Source of the DNA: Chrysomallon squamiferum
Taxonomy: Eukaryota; Animalia; Mollusca
Direction: 5' to 3'
Length of the DNA: 64,000 bases
Assembly: GCA_012295275.1 (NCBI GenBank)
Contig: CM022665.1
Coordinates: 4,836,001 to 4,900,000 of the forward strand
The notes below the pieces were generated by a model, which had not been told where the DNA came from, searched no databases, and saw only the letters and a program-made list of their open reading frames with translations. The translations under genes and the position numbers were made by a program. Each line of letters begins with the position of its first letter. Positions within the stretch are counted from its first letter, which is position 1. Shown here one piece after another: positions 13,706 through 27,706 of this stretch.

Positions 13706-15203
13706 CTTCTCCAGAATTGCGGTTATGTACTGTTTGTCTTTTTGCTTCTAATTATAGATATTTGTCTATTTCTTTTTTTTTCTTCTTTTTTTTTCTCCTT
13801 TTTTTTTTTTTTTTTTTTTTCTTTTCTTTTCTTTTCGATTTCTTTCTTTATATTTTTTCTTTACTTATTTTATTTTATTTTTTAATTCATTTTTTTTGTG
13901 TGTCTGTGATAATAAACAGCGATCGATGTTTTTGGAGGTTTTTGCAAGGTTTTATTTGTATTTTATATTATTTTTACTTCTGTTTTCTTCTTTCTATCTA
14001 TTATTGTCTTTTCTCAATTTTTTTTTTTTTTTTTTTTTAATTAAAAAATTAAAACCTCCTCCAAAAAAACAACCTAGCTAAAACTTGCACGAAAGTGTCA
14101 TTTAGTTCAAGATGTCGAAATGTCTTTCTATTTGTCTGTTTTGCAGCGACAAGGATTCTGACCTTTGCTGTTAGGTTAATCAGTTAAGCAAAAAAAGGAA
14201 GCGTATAATGTTAACTCAAGCTGATAAAAAACGTCCATTTCAAAATGAAAAGAAGGCAGTTGACAAATGGGTCACTGGTACAGTCGAGAAAATATATAAC
14301 CTGTACTAAATACATCCCACTGGACAAGTCAATTACGTCACACATCTGTGTGTGTGTTTGTGTGTGTCTAGGATACACTAGTATTTAGTCAATCTAGCCA
14401 TCTCACTGTCTGTCTGTCTGTATATATAAATAGACAGATATACAGATAACTAGATGAACTGAATATATCCAAAATGGCAATCTTGATTCATGATTAAAGA
14501 ATATAAACTTACATGATACCGTTTTAAGTTTAAACATAATGTAAATCAGTCAGTTTATTTTTGTTTGGAACCTGTTCAGATGGTCTGGATTTAAGACAAA
14601 ATCACTGCACTAAGATCATTGAATTATTCTTCGAAATTACGCTAAATTAATCAGTATTTTCACCAAACTGCTAAAGTGTAAAACCTCCTTAGTGTTCAAA
14701 AAGTTCTCGTCCTGTTGTTTTTGTGGGGTTTTTTTTTTTTGTTTGCTTTTTAAAATAAATTTTAGCGAATTGAAGAAAATCAAACGGAATTGTTTATGTG
14801 CAGTTTCCCCAAGTCGCAGTGACATGATTATAAAATAAATTATTTATTAAATAAACCCGATTCCTTTCTGTAATAGTTTTCTTATTATTCTACAAAGACG
14901 GTGACACGAAGCTATAAATAAAGTATAGTTAGACAATGACGGTTATTTTTATTAGCAATAAAACAACAACAACAACAACAACAAATAAAATAAATAAATA
15001 AATAAATAACCAACCAAACAACAAAACAATAACAAGACATGTTATACGAGCATCTAAGACAGCAAAAGGTCACGATGTTCTTGCTAAGGTGAATCAGTGC
15101 ACGAAGCTTGGTATCACTCGATCATTACATTCCGATATCACTCCCAGAAGACATTGTCACTTCCCGTCGCTACGACAGCAGTTTAACAACTGCGACTGCG
15201 GCC

Positions 15204-15626
15204 TTACCTAGAACGTGTTATGCCACCATTAATAAGTCTTAACAAGAATTTTTTATCTCAACGTTAATATCATATTTTTTTTTTTTTTTTTTTTTTTTAA
15301 CCAAGAACATGTTATGCAACCATTAACATTTTTTTTTTTTTTTACCAAGAACGTGTTACTCCAGTATTAATACGGTTTACCAAGAATGTGTTATTTCAGA
15401 GTTAATATGTTACCAAAACGTGTTATCCCAGCGCTAATACTGTTTTCCTAACATTAATATTATGTGTTACCATGAACGTTATTCCGGCATTAATATGTTT
15501 TACAAAGAAGTCTTATACCAGCGTTAATGTTTTACCAAGTACTTGCTCTCCTAACGTTAAATGTCTTACAAAGAACGTGTTATACCAGCATTAATGTGTT
15601 CAAGAACCTGCTATCCCAACGATAAT
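15204..15626. repeat. Degenerate ~33-35-bp minisatellite, about 12 copies (TTACCAAGAACGTGTTATNCCAGCATTAAT), interrupted by poly-T
   Basis: Recurrent ttaccaagaacgtgtta...ttaat units. Confidence 0.85.
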
Positions 15627-15894
15627 AATAATTATTATGTTTTATCAAACAAGTGTTAATATTTATTTGTTTTGTTATATTAGATGTTCAAACGTGGCTT
15701 AAAAAAACCCCAAGTGTTTTCTTTTCTCACGCCTGTTATAGAATGTTAAATAACTGAAATTACCAGATGCATTGATTTTGTGCTCCGTTAGTTTGACCGA
15801 TGTTAAGTTCTGTCATCGGGCAGAAATAAATGTCGATGTATGACGTCAGATAGTAACAGACTGTTAAACAGTTTTTCCTCCAATGTGAGCGGGT

Positions 15895-15956
15895 GCGCGG
15901 TTGCGCAGTCACTGTATTCGTGCGCGCGGCTGCGCAGTCGCTGTATTCGTGCGCGC
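15895..15956. repeat. GC-rich 29-bp tandem repeat x2 (GCGCGGYTGCGCAGTCRCTGTATTCGTGC)
   Basis: Seen directly. Confidence 0.85.
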
Positions 15957-16572
15957 ACGTCAAAAGAGGTTACCTTTCATTTTAATTTACAAAATATGAC
16001 TGAAACCTACAGACTTATGTTTATAGACTTTTTTTTATCAACTATAATAAAAATATTCCATACAAAAAAAAAAAAAAAAAAATATTTTTTTTTCGTTTTT
16101 AATTGAAAACGTGCTGGTTAAGCTGCGCAGAATGTTTGAATGTCTCGCACGGGTTTTGAATTTTAACTATTTTTTTCTCAAAGCATCAAAAGTTCCGCTT
16201 AGGGATTTTTTTAAAATTAGTGGCAACGTTGCTGTTGACATTTAAAAAGCTACTGTAAATGACGCTTTTTTTTCTTTTCTTTTCTTTTTTTCTTTTTCTT
16301 TTTCTTTTGGCTTTAATAAAGATATGTAGGAGTAGGGCTGTGTGTTGAATTTTTCGGGTTCTGTTCTTTTTAACATCTCACGTGAACAGTTAGGTGACTT
16401 TTTTGTGTGTTTGGCTGGTACCGAATAAAGATTATCGTACTGTTCTGGATTACGGTTGTAATAATGTGCAATAAATTTTGTTACTTTAATCAGAAATAAA
16501 TGAAAGAAAATCTTAGTAATCTATCGTGACCAATTAAATAATAATAATAATAAGAAGAAGAAGAAGAAGAAG

Positions 16573-16607
<35 letters not shown>

Positions 16608-17677
16608 AGAAATTATAAGAATTAATAATAATAATAATAAATTAAGTAAATGAATAATAAATAAATAAATCAGACTTTCTCTTTTCTTTTCTTCGTTTGT
16701 TTACTCCACAATGAAAATTACAGAATAAAACAATGACAAAAATTTGTTGACCTGACATTTTTTTTTTTTTTTTTTTTTTTTTTAGAAAAAGAATGTTTAA
16801 AAAATAAAACATAATAAATGTAGGGTTTATGTGCGTTTTCAAGTAAAATTCTAAATTATATGTATTAGCTTGGAAGCCACAGATTTTCTCCGACATCTGT
16901 ACTCGTTAAATACACTCCGACACGAAATGCGTAATTCTTAAAGATATAGCTTTCAGCGTAGCATTTATCTTATTTTTATTTTTAAACTAAGATTGTAAAA
17001 GTTGGATTTTTATCAAATATGATCGTTTTCTGTTCCTGTTATATATTTTTTCTTCATTCTAGTACTGTATATTCTTGCTGTTTAATGTCTTTTTTTTTTT
17101 TTTTTTTTTTTGTGACGTGGAAAAAGGCCAAAATATTTTCTGTATATTTCCATGTTATTGATTTATTTGATTCTGGGAAATAACAAATTTTATTTTAAAA
17201 AAAAGAAGAAAATAATATATAATGACAATGATAACCTCCTGGCAACGCCAAGAGAAGGATATTTTTGTCTTTCTTTCGTTCGTTTGTCGTGACATCATTT
17301 CGTAACTAGATTATGTAAAAGAAAATATGTAAAGAAAATATCTCTGAAGTAAATCAAAACAACGTTTGATGGGAACCAACGTTTATAAAACGAGAAAATG
17401 TCAGTATCTGTTTGGAGCTTGTTTATACTTTATTATTAACAAAGTTTGGTCATTAGACCAAAGATAGCAATTATACAGTATATTTAGGCCATTCATCCTG
17501 TTTATAAAAGTAAATTTTTAAAACAGTAAAGAATTCAGTATCGATGATATATGAGGGTATATGGGCTATGTGGCTTGTTTGGGTTTTTTTAAAAAAAATT
17601 TCAGGTTGTTGTTATTTTTGGTGACAATGATGCAACGATTAGGTATTTTAGTGACTGCGGGTGAGTTTGTGTCTGAG

Positions 17678-17680
<3 letters not shown>

Positions 17681-17769
<89 letters not shown>
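17681..17769. repeat. (AG)n microsatellite
   Basis: Seen directly. Confidence 0.95.
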
Positions 17770-17773
<4 letters not shown>

Positions 17774-18685
17774 GCTACAGCCATGTCCGATATTAAATTT
17801 AGTTTTTGGATTCTTTTTCTAACTAGTACTATCACCAGAGCTTCTGGTTGCAAACTATATAGGCCTACTCCTCTTTCGAAAAAAAAAAAAAAAAAAAAAA
17901 AAAACCTTCAGTCCAAATTAAACAACAGGGCACGGAAAGTTTTTTTGAACATATTCCGTCTACATGAAGTCTAGATGGAAAAATTATTTTCGTTTGTAAA
18001 CAAATTAAATGTCGTGCCTGATTTTGACAACGTAGTGAACTCTTGACGAAATGATACGCGACTTCTGCCAGATCAATTGGAAAATCGTAACATTATCACT
18101 AACGAGAACTGATTTACTGAACAGCAACATTTGATTTCATCAGGAAGTGGGTAGCTGTCTCGCCACTGCACTGTAGTTCTTCCGTTTTTTGTTTTTTTTT
18201 ACGTTTTTTGTTGTTTTTTTTTGTTTTTGTTTTTTATTCCCCGAAGCTTTAAATTAGATTGCTGTGCCTCGTATTATTAACAAAATCTATAGCCAGCTCA
18301 GACATATCATCTACGATTGCACATTATCAACAAAATCTGCATCGTGCTCTCTGATATATCAATGCATCTTGTCAGTATTACAGTTCTGAGTGAAGCAGTA
18401 ACGCATAAGTCTATGGATCGTATGTATCCGTGTAAAGATTTTCTTGTTGTTGGTTTTTTGGGGGGGGTTTTTGTGTTTTTTTTCTGTCACCTAATAAATG
18501 CTTTCTAAAAGCTTCCTACTTCGTTGTCGGATAATGGAAAGTACGTTTGTACTTGTTACTGCTGAAGTAGATGACGACTTTAAAAAAACTAAAAGGAATG
18601 GTAATTATCCGAAATTAGAAGAAATAAACATAATAATTATGGAAAAAGAGAAAAGTTTTATTTAGACATCCATAATTATTAAAAA

Positions 18686-18724
<39 letters not shown>

Positions 18725-18840
18725 GTTTTCTACTTTTTCTTAAAAGAACAGGACAACATTTGAATGGGTTTTTTTAATTTCTTCCATTTTTCTTCCCGTT
18801 TTTATTTATTTTTTTTTTTTTTTTCTTTTTATTATTATGG

Positions 18841-19375
18841 TGGTTACAGAGATTGTGAAACAGTTTAACAGGAACAAAGAACAGATATATTCTGGCAGTG
18901 AAGGATTTATATGATGTGAAAACTTCGATTATTAGAAGCTAACAAAGACCATGTGCAGTACTTGTTGATAGTGAATAGAACTGTATGTGTGTATATATAT
19001 ATAATTACAATAACAATAATATAAATATAAATAAATAAATAAACAATAATAACAAAAATAATAATAAAAAAATAAAATAAAATAATAAAATGGCCATTGT
19101 TTGGCTATAATTATCTGGAAAGAAAAGATGAATGAAAGGATTCATTCCTTGACCTGATTTCATCCTAAGCTACGCAAAGAATGGCTTAAAGCTTGTGAAG
19201 GGGCCTCTAGGAATTTCAGTTAATCTGTTACACAGTTCTATTCACCATCAACAAGTACTGCACATGGTGTTTGTTAGCTTCTAATAATCGAAGTTTTCAC
19301 ATCATATAAATCCTTCGCTGCCAGAATATATCTGTTCTTTGTTCCTGTTAAACTGTTTCACAATCTCTGTGACCA
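18841..19375. repeat. Long inverted repeat: arms 18841-18984 and 19232-19375 (144 bp, 4 mismatches), 247-bp spacer
   Basis: Direct base-by-base comparison of the two arms. Confidence 0.95.
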
Positions 19376-20112
19376 TCACGTCATATATTAATCATAGTGT
19401 GCTTCATGTCTAATAAAGAAGAAGAAGAAATAAATATTGTTTTGTTATTAATCTAGCCTTCGTTCATTTTGAGTGTAATATAAAAAAAATAAAAATTTAA
19501 AGAATTTCGGAAGCATTAATAGAGATATTGGTTGACGCCAAACAATTTCGTTTTGTTTGTATTTTTGTTTTTTAAACAAGAAAAACAAAGCTGGTGTTTG
19601 TGCTTTAATTAATATAATACAAAAAAAAAAAAAAATTACAGATTCGGATGTTTTTCTTTCACATATGATTGGTTTTGTTACTTTCGTTTATATTTTTTAA
19701 ATCTTTATTATTATTATTATTATTATTATTATTTCATGCATGCCAATCTATAATTTCAGTTTCATATTTTTTTATCTTCTTTTTTTTTTTTTTTTCTTCT
19801 TGTTTTTAACTGGTCATATCTGTGTATTTGCTCCGTGTGACCAGTCATTGACCCATCTGTCAAAATGACCCAAACAGTCGTGAGCTGAATGGTAACTTAG
19901 AATCATGAAAAAGAAAGAAGACTAATGAGTTTTTTCTTAACAGAATTCAGCCTGTAATATAATTGAGTAAGAAAATGTGGCATCACTGACGGAAATTCCT
20001 AATGAAATATCAGATGTAGGTGAAAAAAAAAAAGTGTTAAAATGCATAAAGTACATATCACAGGCATGGACGTATTCTGTAACGAGTCAAATTTATAAAT
20101 GCAGTGGTTGGC

Positions 20113-20117
<5 letters not shown>

Positions 20118-20198
<81 letters not shown>
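20118..20198. repeat. (AG)n microsatellite
   Basis: Seen directly. Confidence 0.95.
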
Positions 20199-20202
<4 letters not shown>

Positions 20203-20368
20203 TAAAAATCACACTAACCCCTCCCCTTTTTTTTTTTTTTTTTACTTTTTGGGGGGGTGGGGGTACCATGGACAGACCGAACACATACACACACACACAT
20301 CAAACTAAACGCTGATTTCCTTTAATGAAATATGATTTCTATTTATATCTTTAACTGAAAACACTTTT

Positions 20369-20406
<38 letters not shown>

Positions 20407-21408
20407 GTATACGATACTCCAAGACACTTAATTTTCTGTAATTCAGTGATAATCTTTTTAAAAGAACTGATTCACCTCTTGACAGCAGTTATCGGGGTAC
20501 GAACTGAGAACCTGCAGGTTTTTAATTCATTTGTGCGACACAAGGGTTGTCACAGCCAGGAAAGGCTGAGGACTGCTATTACACTCGAGAAATGTTCAGA
20601 ACTAGCTAATTGGTGTCAGTTTAAAACTGTGTACAACTATTTCACTTGAATTAGCTGTCAGATGAAGATATCGTTATTGATCACACGTCTCTCAAACAAA
20701 ATAATATTCAAAAATAATGAACATATTAAAGTAGGACCAAAAAAAACAACAAAAAACCAAAAAAACAACAACAACAGCAACATCACCAAAAAAAAAAAAA
20801 AAAAAGATTGAAAGAAAGAAAAACATTATAGAAAAAAAGAAATAGAATGGAGAGATGAAGTAAATTAACGAGAAGAAAAATATTAGAAAGGTAGACGGTG
20901 ACGATAATGCTAATTTATTTATTTATGATGATGATGATGATGTTGAAGATGACTGACAGACGGATGGATTAATGGAACATCTTCCAGCTGCCTTTCGTGC
21001 GCAAGCAACATAAGGAGTCCTGGGCGTGGTGAAATTTACATTTTAGAACATGACTCAATCAAAGGACTATTTCTGTCGCAGTGCTCCAAGAGTTAATTAT
21101 GTTACGTAAGTCGTGCAGCAGTTTCCTATTTTGTTACCAGCCCATCTATTAGCGAATCTACGTCAGCAATTAATTAATCATTTGGCTTCATCAAAGAAAA
21201 ACACGCGATCTGCATAATGTAATGTATACACTGCATGATTATTAATCGTACTCGTCACGAGAGGTCGTCGAATTTTTGTATATGCGTCATTGACATGTGT
21301 GTGTGTGTGTGTGTGCGTGTGTGCGCTCGTGTTTAGGAATTAATATTCTGTTGTCATATGTACGTTTGATTAGACTATGCACTTAGATACTATAGACTTT
21401 GTGTACAT

Positions 21409-21509
<101 letters not shown>

Positions 21510-23505
21510 GTGTATTTGCATGCAGGTGTGTATATGCGAGTGTGTGTGTCTTTTTTTATTTCTTATGCAAAAATCACGTTACCATAATACAGAGAAAGAA
21601 AAAACAAATTATGAACCAACTGTATTAATCACAGTTATTATTAATACGTATGTAATCGAGCCAGGACTATTGACAAGTTACGTCAAAATCATGTTTCGTT
21701 AGAATTCCATTGTGTCTAAATAAAGCTGTTTTGTTCCAAATTTTCTTTTGTTACGTTAATAATCAATTCGTGTTTGGCTAAAATTGTCTAGAATCTATAG
21801 TTTTACGTTAAATGTATTTAGTCCTGTGCAGTTTATCCCAGAATATTAAAAATAATGATTATTTAATCTCGTATTTAATAACATTATTAAAATAATAGTT
21901 TTTAATGTTGCTGGGTTTTTTTTTTTTTTTTTATTTTTATTTTTTTTAATTGTTTTATTTTGTTTTATTTATTTATTTGTGGGTGTTTTTGTGTTGCTGT
22001 TGTTGTTGTTGTTTTTTTTTTTTTTTTTTTTAGGGGGTATTTGTGTTTATTTGTATACTAGCGTATATATTTTTTATATGTGTATCATCATCATCATCAT
22101 CATCATCATCTTGCTTGTATACTGATTGGCATTAACGTTTATCTCCTTAATTTTCACTGATAATCATACATTCACAACTTTCTGCATAATATATATTTCA
22201 TTAAAAAAAGGATTAATATTGAACAGTCAAGTTCATTTTCAAATTGGATAACTACGAATGCTTCGGTTTTGGACAGTAAACTTATGGTTATTAGATTAAT
22301 ACATTAATATAAAACTGCTGAACGTCATCGGGTTGCATCGACACAGAACAGTGACAAATTTAGATCCGATTTTTACGACAGTTCCCTGAAGGTGCCACGA
22401 ACGACATTGTCAGTCTTCGCGATAATTTTAGCTCTCTTATTTTTTTTTTTTGTATTTCTTTTTTTTTTTTTTTTTTTTGAAGATTTGTTATAACTGACAA
22501 CTCTTCTAGCAAATAATTGGAATATCATTTTTACCAATTTAAATGCACTTTATTAAGTCTGAAAGAGTTCTGCAGTGAGTCTGTTTCCGGCGGTCACTTT
22601 TTTTTCGTTGACAGCCATAACACGACACAGGTGCAGATGTATAAATTAATACCTTCACCGAGTGTCATTACTCGTCTGAGGGAGAGCGATCGCGGAAGGA
22701 GAAAACGTATATAAAGCCATTTCTTAAAAATTAACTCCGAGCCGCTGAGGCGATGATGACGTCATTGAAACTGATATATGCCAGACATGGATGAAAAAGA
22801 AAGAAAAAGAAAAGAATATTGGCTTCCGTGGTGATCACGGAAAAAAAGGCCGAAAATAAAACGTCACGACAAGAAAGACAGTCGGTCTTGTTAAGAAGTC
22901 AAGACGACGTTCACTTTAGCGGAAGTCTTTTTTTTTTTTTTTGGCAGCAGATGTGATTTGTTTTAGGTAAGCTGGAAGTAAAGCGCGCCTATTTTTCAAA
23001 AGTAGCCAGTTTAAAATTTACCCATTTTTTTTTTTTTTTTTGAATTATTTCTCGGATAAAATGGTGCTTGCTTTATGTTATTGATTTCAACTGATGTGCG
23101 ACGTAAGATGTATACTCATTTTATCATTTGCTTTTTTCAGTCGTCACAGTAAATTTGACTGATTGATTTTTTTTTTTTTTTTTATTTTTTTTTTTTTTTT
23201 ATTTTTTTTTTCTTACTTAATAGAATTTCTCTGGAATTTTTTTTTCTCCACTTTAATCATCATAAAGTATTGTAACTGACAAATCAGTTCAGTATATATC
23301 GTAAAGGAATTAATAAAACAATGCTGAAAATCTTTTCTATGCGAGTCAAATCCTAATGTTGAAAATGTGTCGCCCACTCAGCCAAAAATGCAGAAAAAAC
23401 GACATTCACAACAAAATTAATTTCACTTTGACTTTCTTTTAATTTCTTATATATATATAGATATATATAGAGTCTATTTTTGTATTTAATTATTATTACT
23501 GTTAT

Positions 23506-23540
<35 letters not shown>

Positions 23541-23837
23541 TTGATGCAATTTTTTCTATCGAACGGTTTGATAAGAAATACATCTTTACAAAATGGAATT
23601 TAAACAAAATTAAAGCAGTGTTTTCAGTTACCTGCTAGTACTGATTACTTTCTTATTTTTCTTTGTTCTTTTTTTAAACGTCCATTTATTTTGTAAGTTA
23701 ATAATACCATATCAGATGAACTACTTAAATTATAGAGTTAGATTAAAAGTTTTTTTTTTTACATCCTACCATTAAGATTTTCTTTTCAGTTTTTAAATAA
23801 AACATGAGTTTTTCGGAACAGAAAGTTCAGATTCGAT

Positions 23838-23880
<43 letters not shown>

Positions 23881-24493
23881 TTTTATTTTAATTACTGTTA
23901 TTGTTATTAATAATAACAAATACCCCATTCAGGAAATGTTTTAAAATTCAATTTTAAAATACATCGATGGACTCTTAATATTTAATTCCGTTCAGAATCG
24001 ACTATTGGTGTTTGTTAAACAGATCCAAGCTGTATAAATATTTAGAGTGACAAGCAAAAGTGCTCCTCACCTCACCTACTGTTGCCGAGAATTATGTATG
24101 TGGAATCATCATTGTAAAGCATTTCTTCAATTTTGATATTTCATGCATAATACACAGCAACAGAAGTCCAGTTTGTTCGTTCAAGACCGTGTTAGTATTA
24201 GAGGATTAGTACACGACAGAGAAAAGGGGCAGTAATTGGCATACATCTCTTCAGTTATCCGATACCTGCCAGTCATGAGATTTACTGCTTAACCACAGTG
24301 CCACCAAATCTGGTAGAAGTTTACTGCAGGTTACGTTGGCTTATTTTTCCGCCTCCCAACAAGAAAATGCCAGTTTGATGTAATTGGTTTTCATTGACAA
24401 TAAATTTTGAGTGGGTTGTCAAGTTAATAGACTAGTAATTGAAAAAAAAAGACATCTTGAGTCGACAGCCACTCAAATACACGTCACGAAATT

Positions 24494-24497
<4 letters not shown>

Positions 24498-24586
<89 letters not shown>
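24498..24586. repeat. (CT)n microsatellite
   Basis: Seen directly. Confidence 0.95.
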
Positions 24587-24588
<2 letters not shown>

Positions 24589-27230
24589 AAAATAAGTGTC
24601 CATGAATCCATATGTTCTCAATCAGCTAACTGAAGCTTTGCAATAACTATATTATTATTTTGTATTTTATTCATTCATTCATTTTATTTAATTATTTTTA
24701 CTTTTTTATTTTATCTTCATTCAGCCTTTATTTTATTCATTCATGCATTTTATTTAATTATTTTTACTTTTTTATTTTATTTTATTAATTTTTTCAAGTT
24801 AATTATGTAAGTAATTAATAATAATAATAATAATTATTATTATTATTATTATTTTACATTGCGTGGAGATTTTGAAAACAAAACTGATATTTCATAACTT
24901 TTGATAATTTCCGGCACTCGATTTTTTCGTCAAAAAAAAAACAACGAACGATGCAAAAAAGCGTTGATGTTTACAGTTTCCAGTTTAATGCAAAAATTAA
25001 TTCAAAAACGATTCAGTTTAAGACAATGATGCCTGTTGACACTAATGTGATACAAAAAAAAATTATATATCTGTATTTGACATTTAAAGTAATCATTACT
25101 GTGTCTATTATTTTTATTATCATTGCTTCAGCAGTAGTAGTGTTATAGTAACAGTAGTAGTAACTGTAGTTGTAGCAGTAGTCGTAGATAATCTGTTGTT
25201 GTCATGCACAGATGAAGCTTCTAAACTGTCTATTTTTGACCTCTTTTTAATAGGCATAACGATTAGGGGGAGTAGGTTTTTTTTTTGGGGGGGGGGAAAT
25301 GTTATGCATAAAATAACTTTCATGTCCATCCACATACGGTAATCGAAAGTGATTGCTATATGTAATCCATCTAATCATGGATGTCATTCCCACAGAATAA
25401 CTCGGAAGAGCATCAAACAAGAGAGCTAACTTTCGATCGTTTCAAACTCAGCGACGCGTTAAATCTGAAATTTCTGACGATGATTATTTTCAATCTCGAA
25501 AGGTCTAACGTGGGTCTCTTTGCAAATACGTTGCAAATTACTTTATTTATGTTTTCAATGTTTGCAGAATATCGGTTAACCTAGACTGAATCGACCAAAT
25601 GTTTAAACAAAATACGTTTCCTTGTAGGTTCATCATGCGTTGATTTGCTTTGGCAACAAATGGATGATGATGTCACTTTAAGACATTTTAATATAAACGT
25701 ATATTAGTGTAAATGTCTAATAAATAAATGAGTGAGGAAACCCGTTATCGAATCTTCACATGCAATTTCCATTATTGAATATCAAGGAATGTTTTTTTTC
25801 CAGAGACTGAAGAGAATGGTAATCGGGGCACTGGTTAGAACGAACAATAATCCAGTCGTGGCAATGAGGAGGATTTTAAATAGTAATAACTTGAGCTACA
25901 GAACAGAACATAACTTTATTACATCCAAGCCGTTCCTCAGTGTCATGTGGGAGGTGCATTTACAATATATTTAACGTGACAAGATGGTTTTACCGGTGAC
26001 AGTATAAATTAAAGTCATTGATTTTTACACCAAAATATTATACGCGTTTTCACTTAAATCAGGGTTCTAGAGCCGCAGTTGAATGAAAGACTGAATGTAA
26101 GTCCAGTTTGTATATGTAATTGTGCATAAGCCTGCATAAGGCGATAAATATTATATAATACTGGCCTTAAATCATTTTTATTTATTTATTTATTTACTAT
26201 TTATTTTCTTCTTCTTTATCTCTTTTTTTTTTTTTTTTTTTTTTTTAATAATACAAATTATCTATCTATATTTAAGCTGTATGTGATGTGTATGTATGGG
26301 AAGTATATATGTGTGTGTAGGATAATAATAATAATTTTTTCTACGCAAAACTACAGCTTTAATTCTCACAATCTAATACATTTAAAAAGTTTCTATGAAA
26401 AGTTTCAAAAGTGCACGCATTTTATTCAGTAATAAACTAAGAACACAGATTTAAAGAAAAACATTTACTTAACATTTTCTTACTTTAAAACATTTCGCTT
26501 CAGATATTTAATTTCTTTGTACTTTTCTTTTATTAATGCCTTAGGATTCAGGTTTATTTTTTTAAGTAAAATAATCAGACCTCCAATTTACGAGTTAATA
26601 GCCAAAAAAAAAAAAAAAAAAAAAGAATGTATTTAGAAACATGAATTTGTTTTTTGATTAAATGTGCGCAGTAACTAATACTTAAATTTTTTCCGTGAAT
26701 GTTTTTCTTTCCTATTAATTTCCGTCATTTCCTCTTTCTCCTCCTTTTTTTTCGTCATTTGATCACCATCATTGTCATATTCATCATTTCCTTCTTCTTG
26801 ACTTTGTTACTGTTTAGAAAGGATAAATTAAAATAAATTGCGCTTTCTATTAGAAGCCTCATGGCTGATTAATTAAAGGCCGTGGTACGGTTTTTAACTG
26901 TCTGTGGGAAGGTCAATATAAACATTTTCTATTGCTAATCAAATACTACCATATCAAATGGCAGCATCCGATTTCATATCTCGAGTCATTTTCCAAATAA
27001 ACAGATGTTCGATATCTAATAATTGTTCATAAAAATGTTTTACAGTGTCGGGGAAGAAACCTAATTCATTCATTAACTATAAATTTCGACAGTTATCTTA
27101 TTACTTAACATTGTTACTAAACAATACATTGTATTTATTGTTCAACAAAATTTCTAAAACAATGATGGAAATCAAAACTGGAGAGTGAAAAGTATAAAAA
27201 AAAAACAAAAAAAAAGCAGAAAGAATAACA

Positions 27231-27234
<4 letters not shown>

Positions 27235-27318
<84 letters not shown>
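27235..27318. repeat. (AG)n microsatellite
   Basis: Seen directly. Confidence 0.95.
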
Positions 27319-27319
<1 letters not shown>

Positions 27320-27321
<2 letters not shown>

Positions 27322-27706
27322 AGGTGACGCAGGAAAACAACATTACTACTGTCCGATTGTTTGGCTACATATACGTCCTTCGTTTTACGTAATCTCATTC
27401 CTCTGCTTGAATGATGTGCTTACCCTGGTTTCGCTCTCAATCTCATTTCTCTGTATTGCACTTGAATGTGATTGCTTTACTTTTTTAGATAAAGAAAGGA
27501 GGTGGGAATAAGGTGAGTGAGTACATGTAGGAAAACAACATTAACTACTGCCCGACTGGTACACATGCGTCCTTCATTTCATCTCATTTCATTCCTGTGC
27601 TAAATGATATTCTTGCTCCGTACAAAAAAAAAAAAAAAAAAAAAAATCGTTTCGCTCTTCGTTTCATTTCTCTATATATTGCACTTAAATCTGATTACTT
27701 CACATT
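27320..27706. repeat. Diverged tandem duplication, unit about 165-190 bp; second copy carries a poly-A insertion
   Basis: aggaaaacaacatta...gtttcgctct...attgcactt present twice (about 27320-27485 and 27510-27706). Confidence 0.8.

Noticed and set aside
15204-15626. Repeat-linker pattern superficially like a CRISPR array
   Set aside because: Eukaryotic context, degenerate repeats, linkers only a few nt or poly-T, no cas genes
17783-17880. Signal-peptide-like MSDIKFSFWILFLTSTITRASGCKLYR
   Set aside because: Runs into a poly-A tract with no usable donor or mature-peptide features; hydrophobicity is expected from T-rich DNA
19159-19223. HPKLRKEWLKAC, reminiscent of a THAP zinc-finger fragment in the inverted-repeat spacer
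   Set aside because: Only about 20 codons between stops, with no C2CH motif completion; compatible with chance
20485-20530. Minus-strand GTTCGTACCCC B-box/T-arm-like word
   Set aside because: No cloverleaf or A-box can be built; at most a decayed tRNA-derived SINE head
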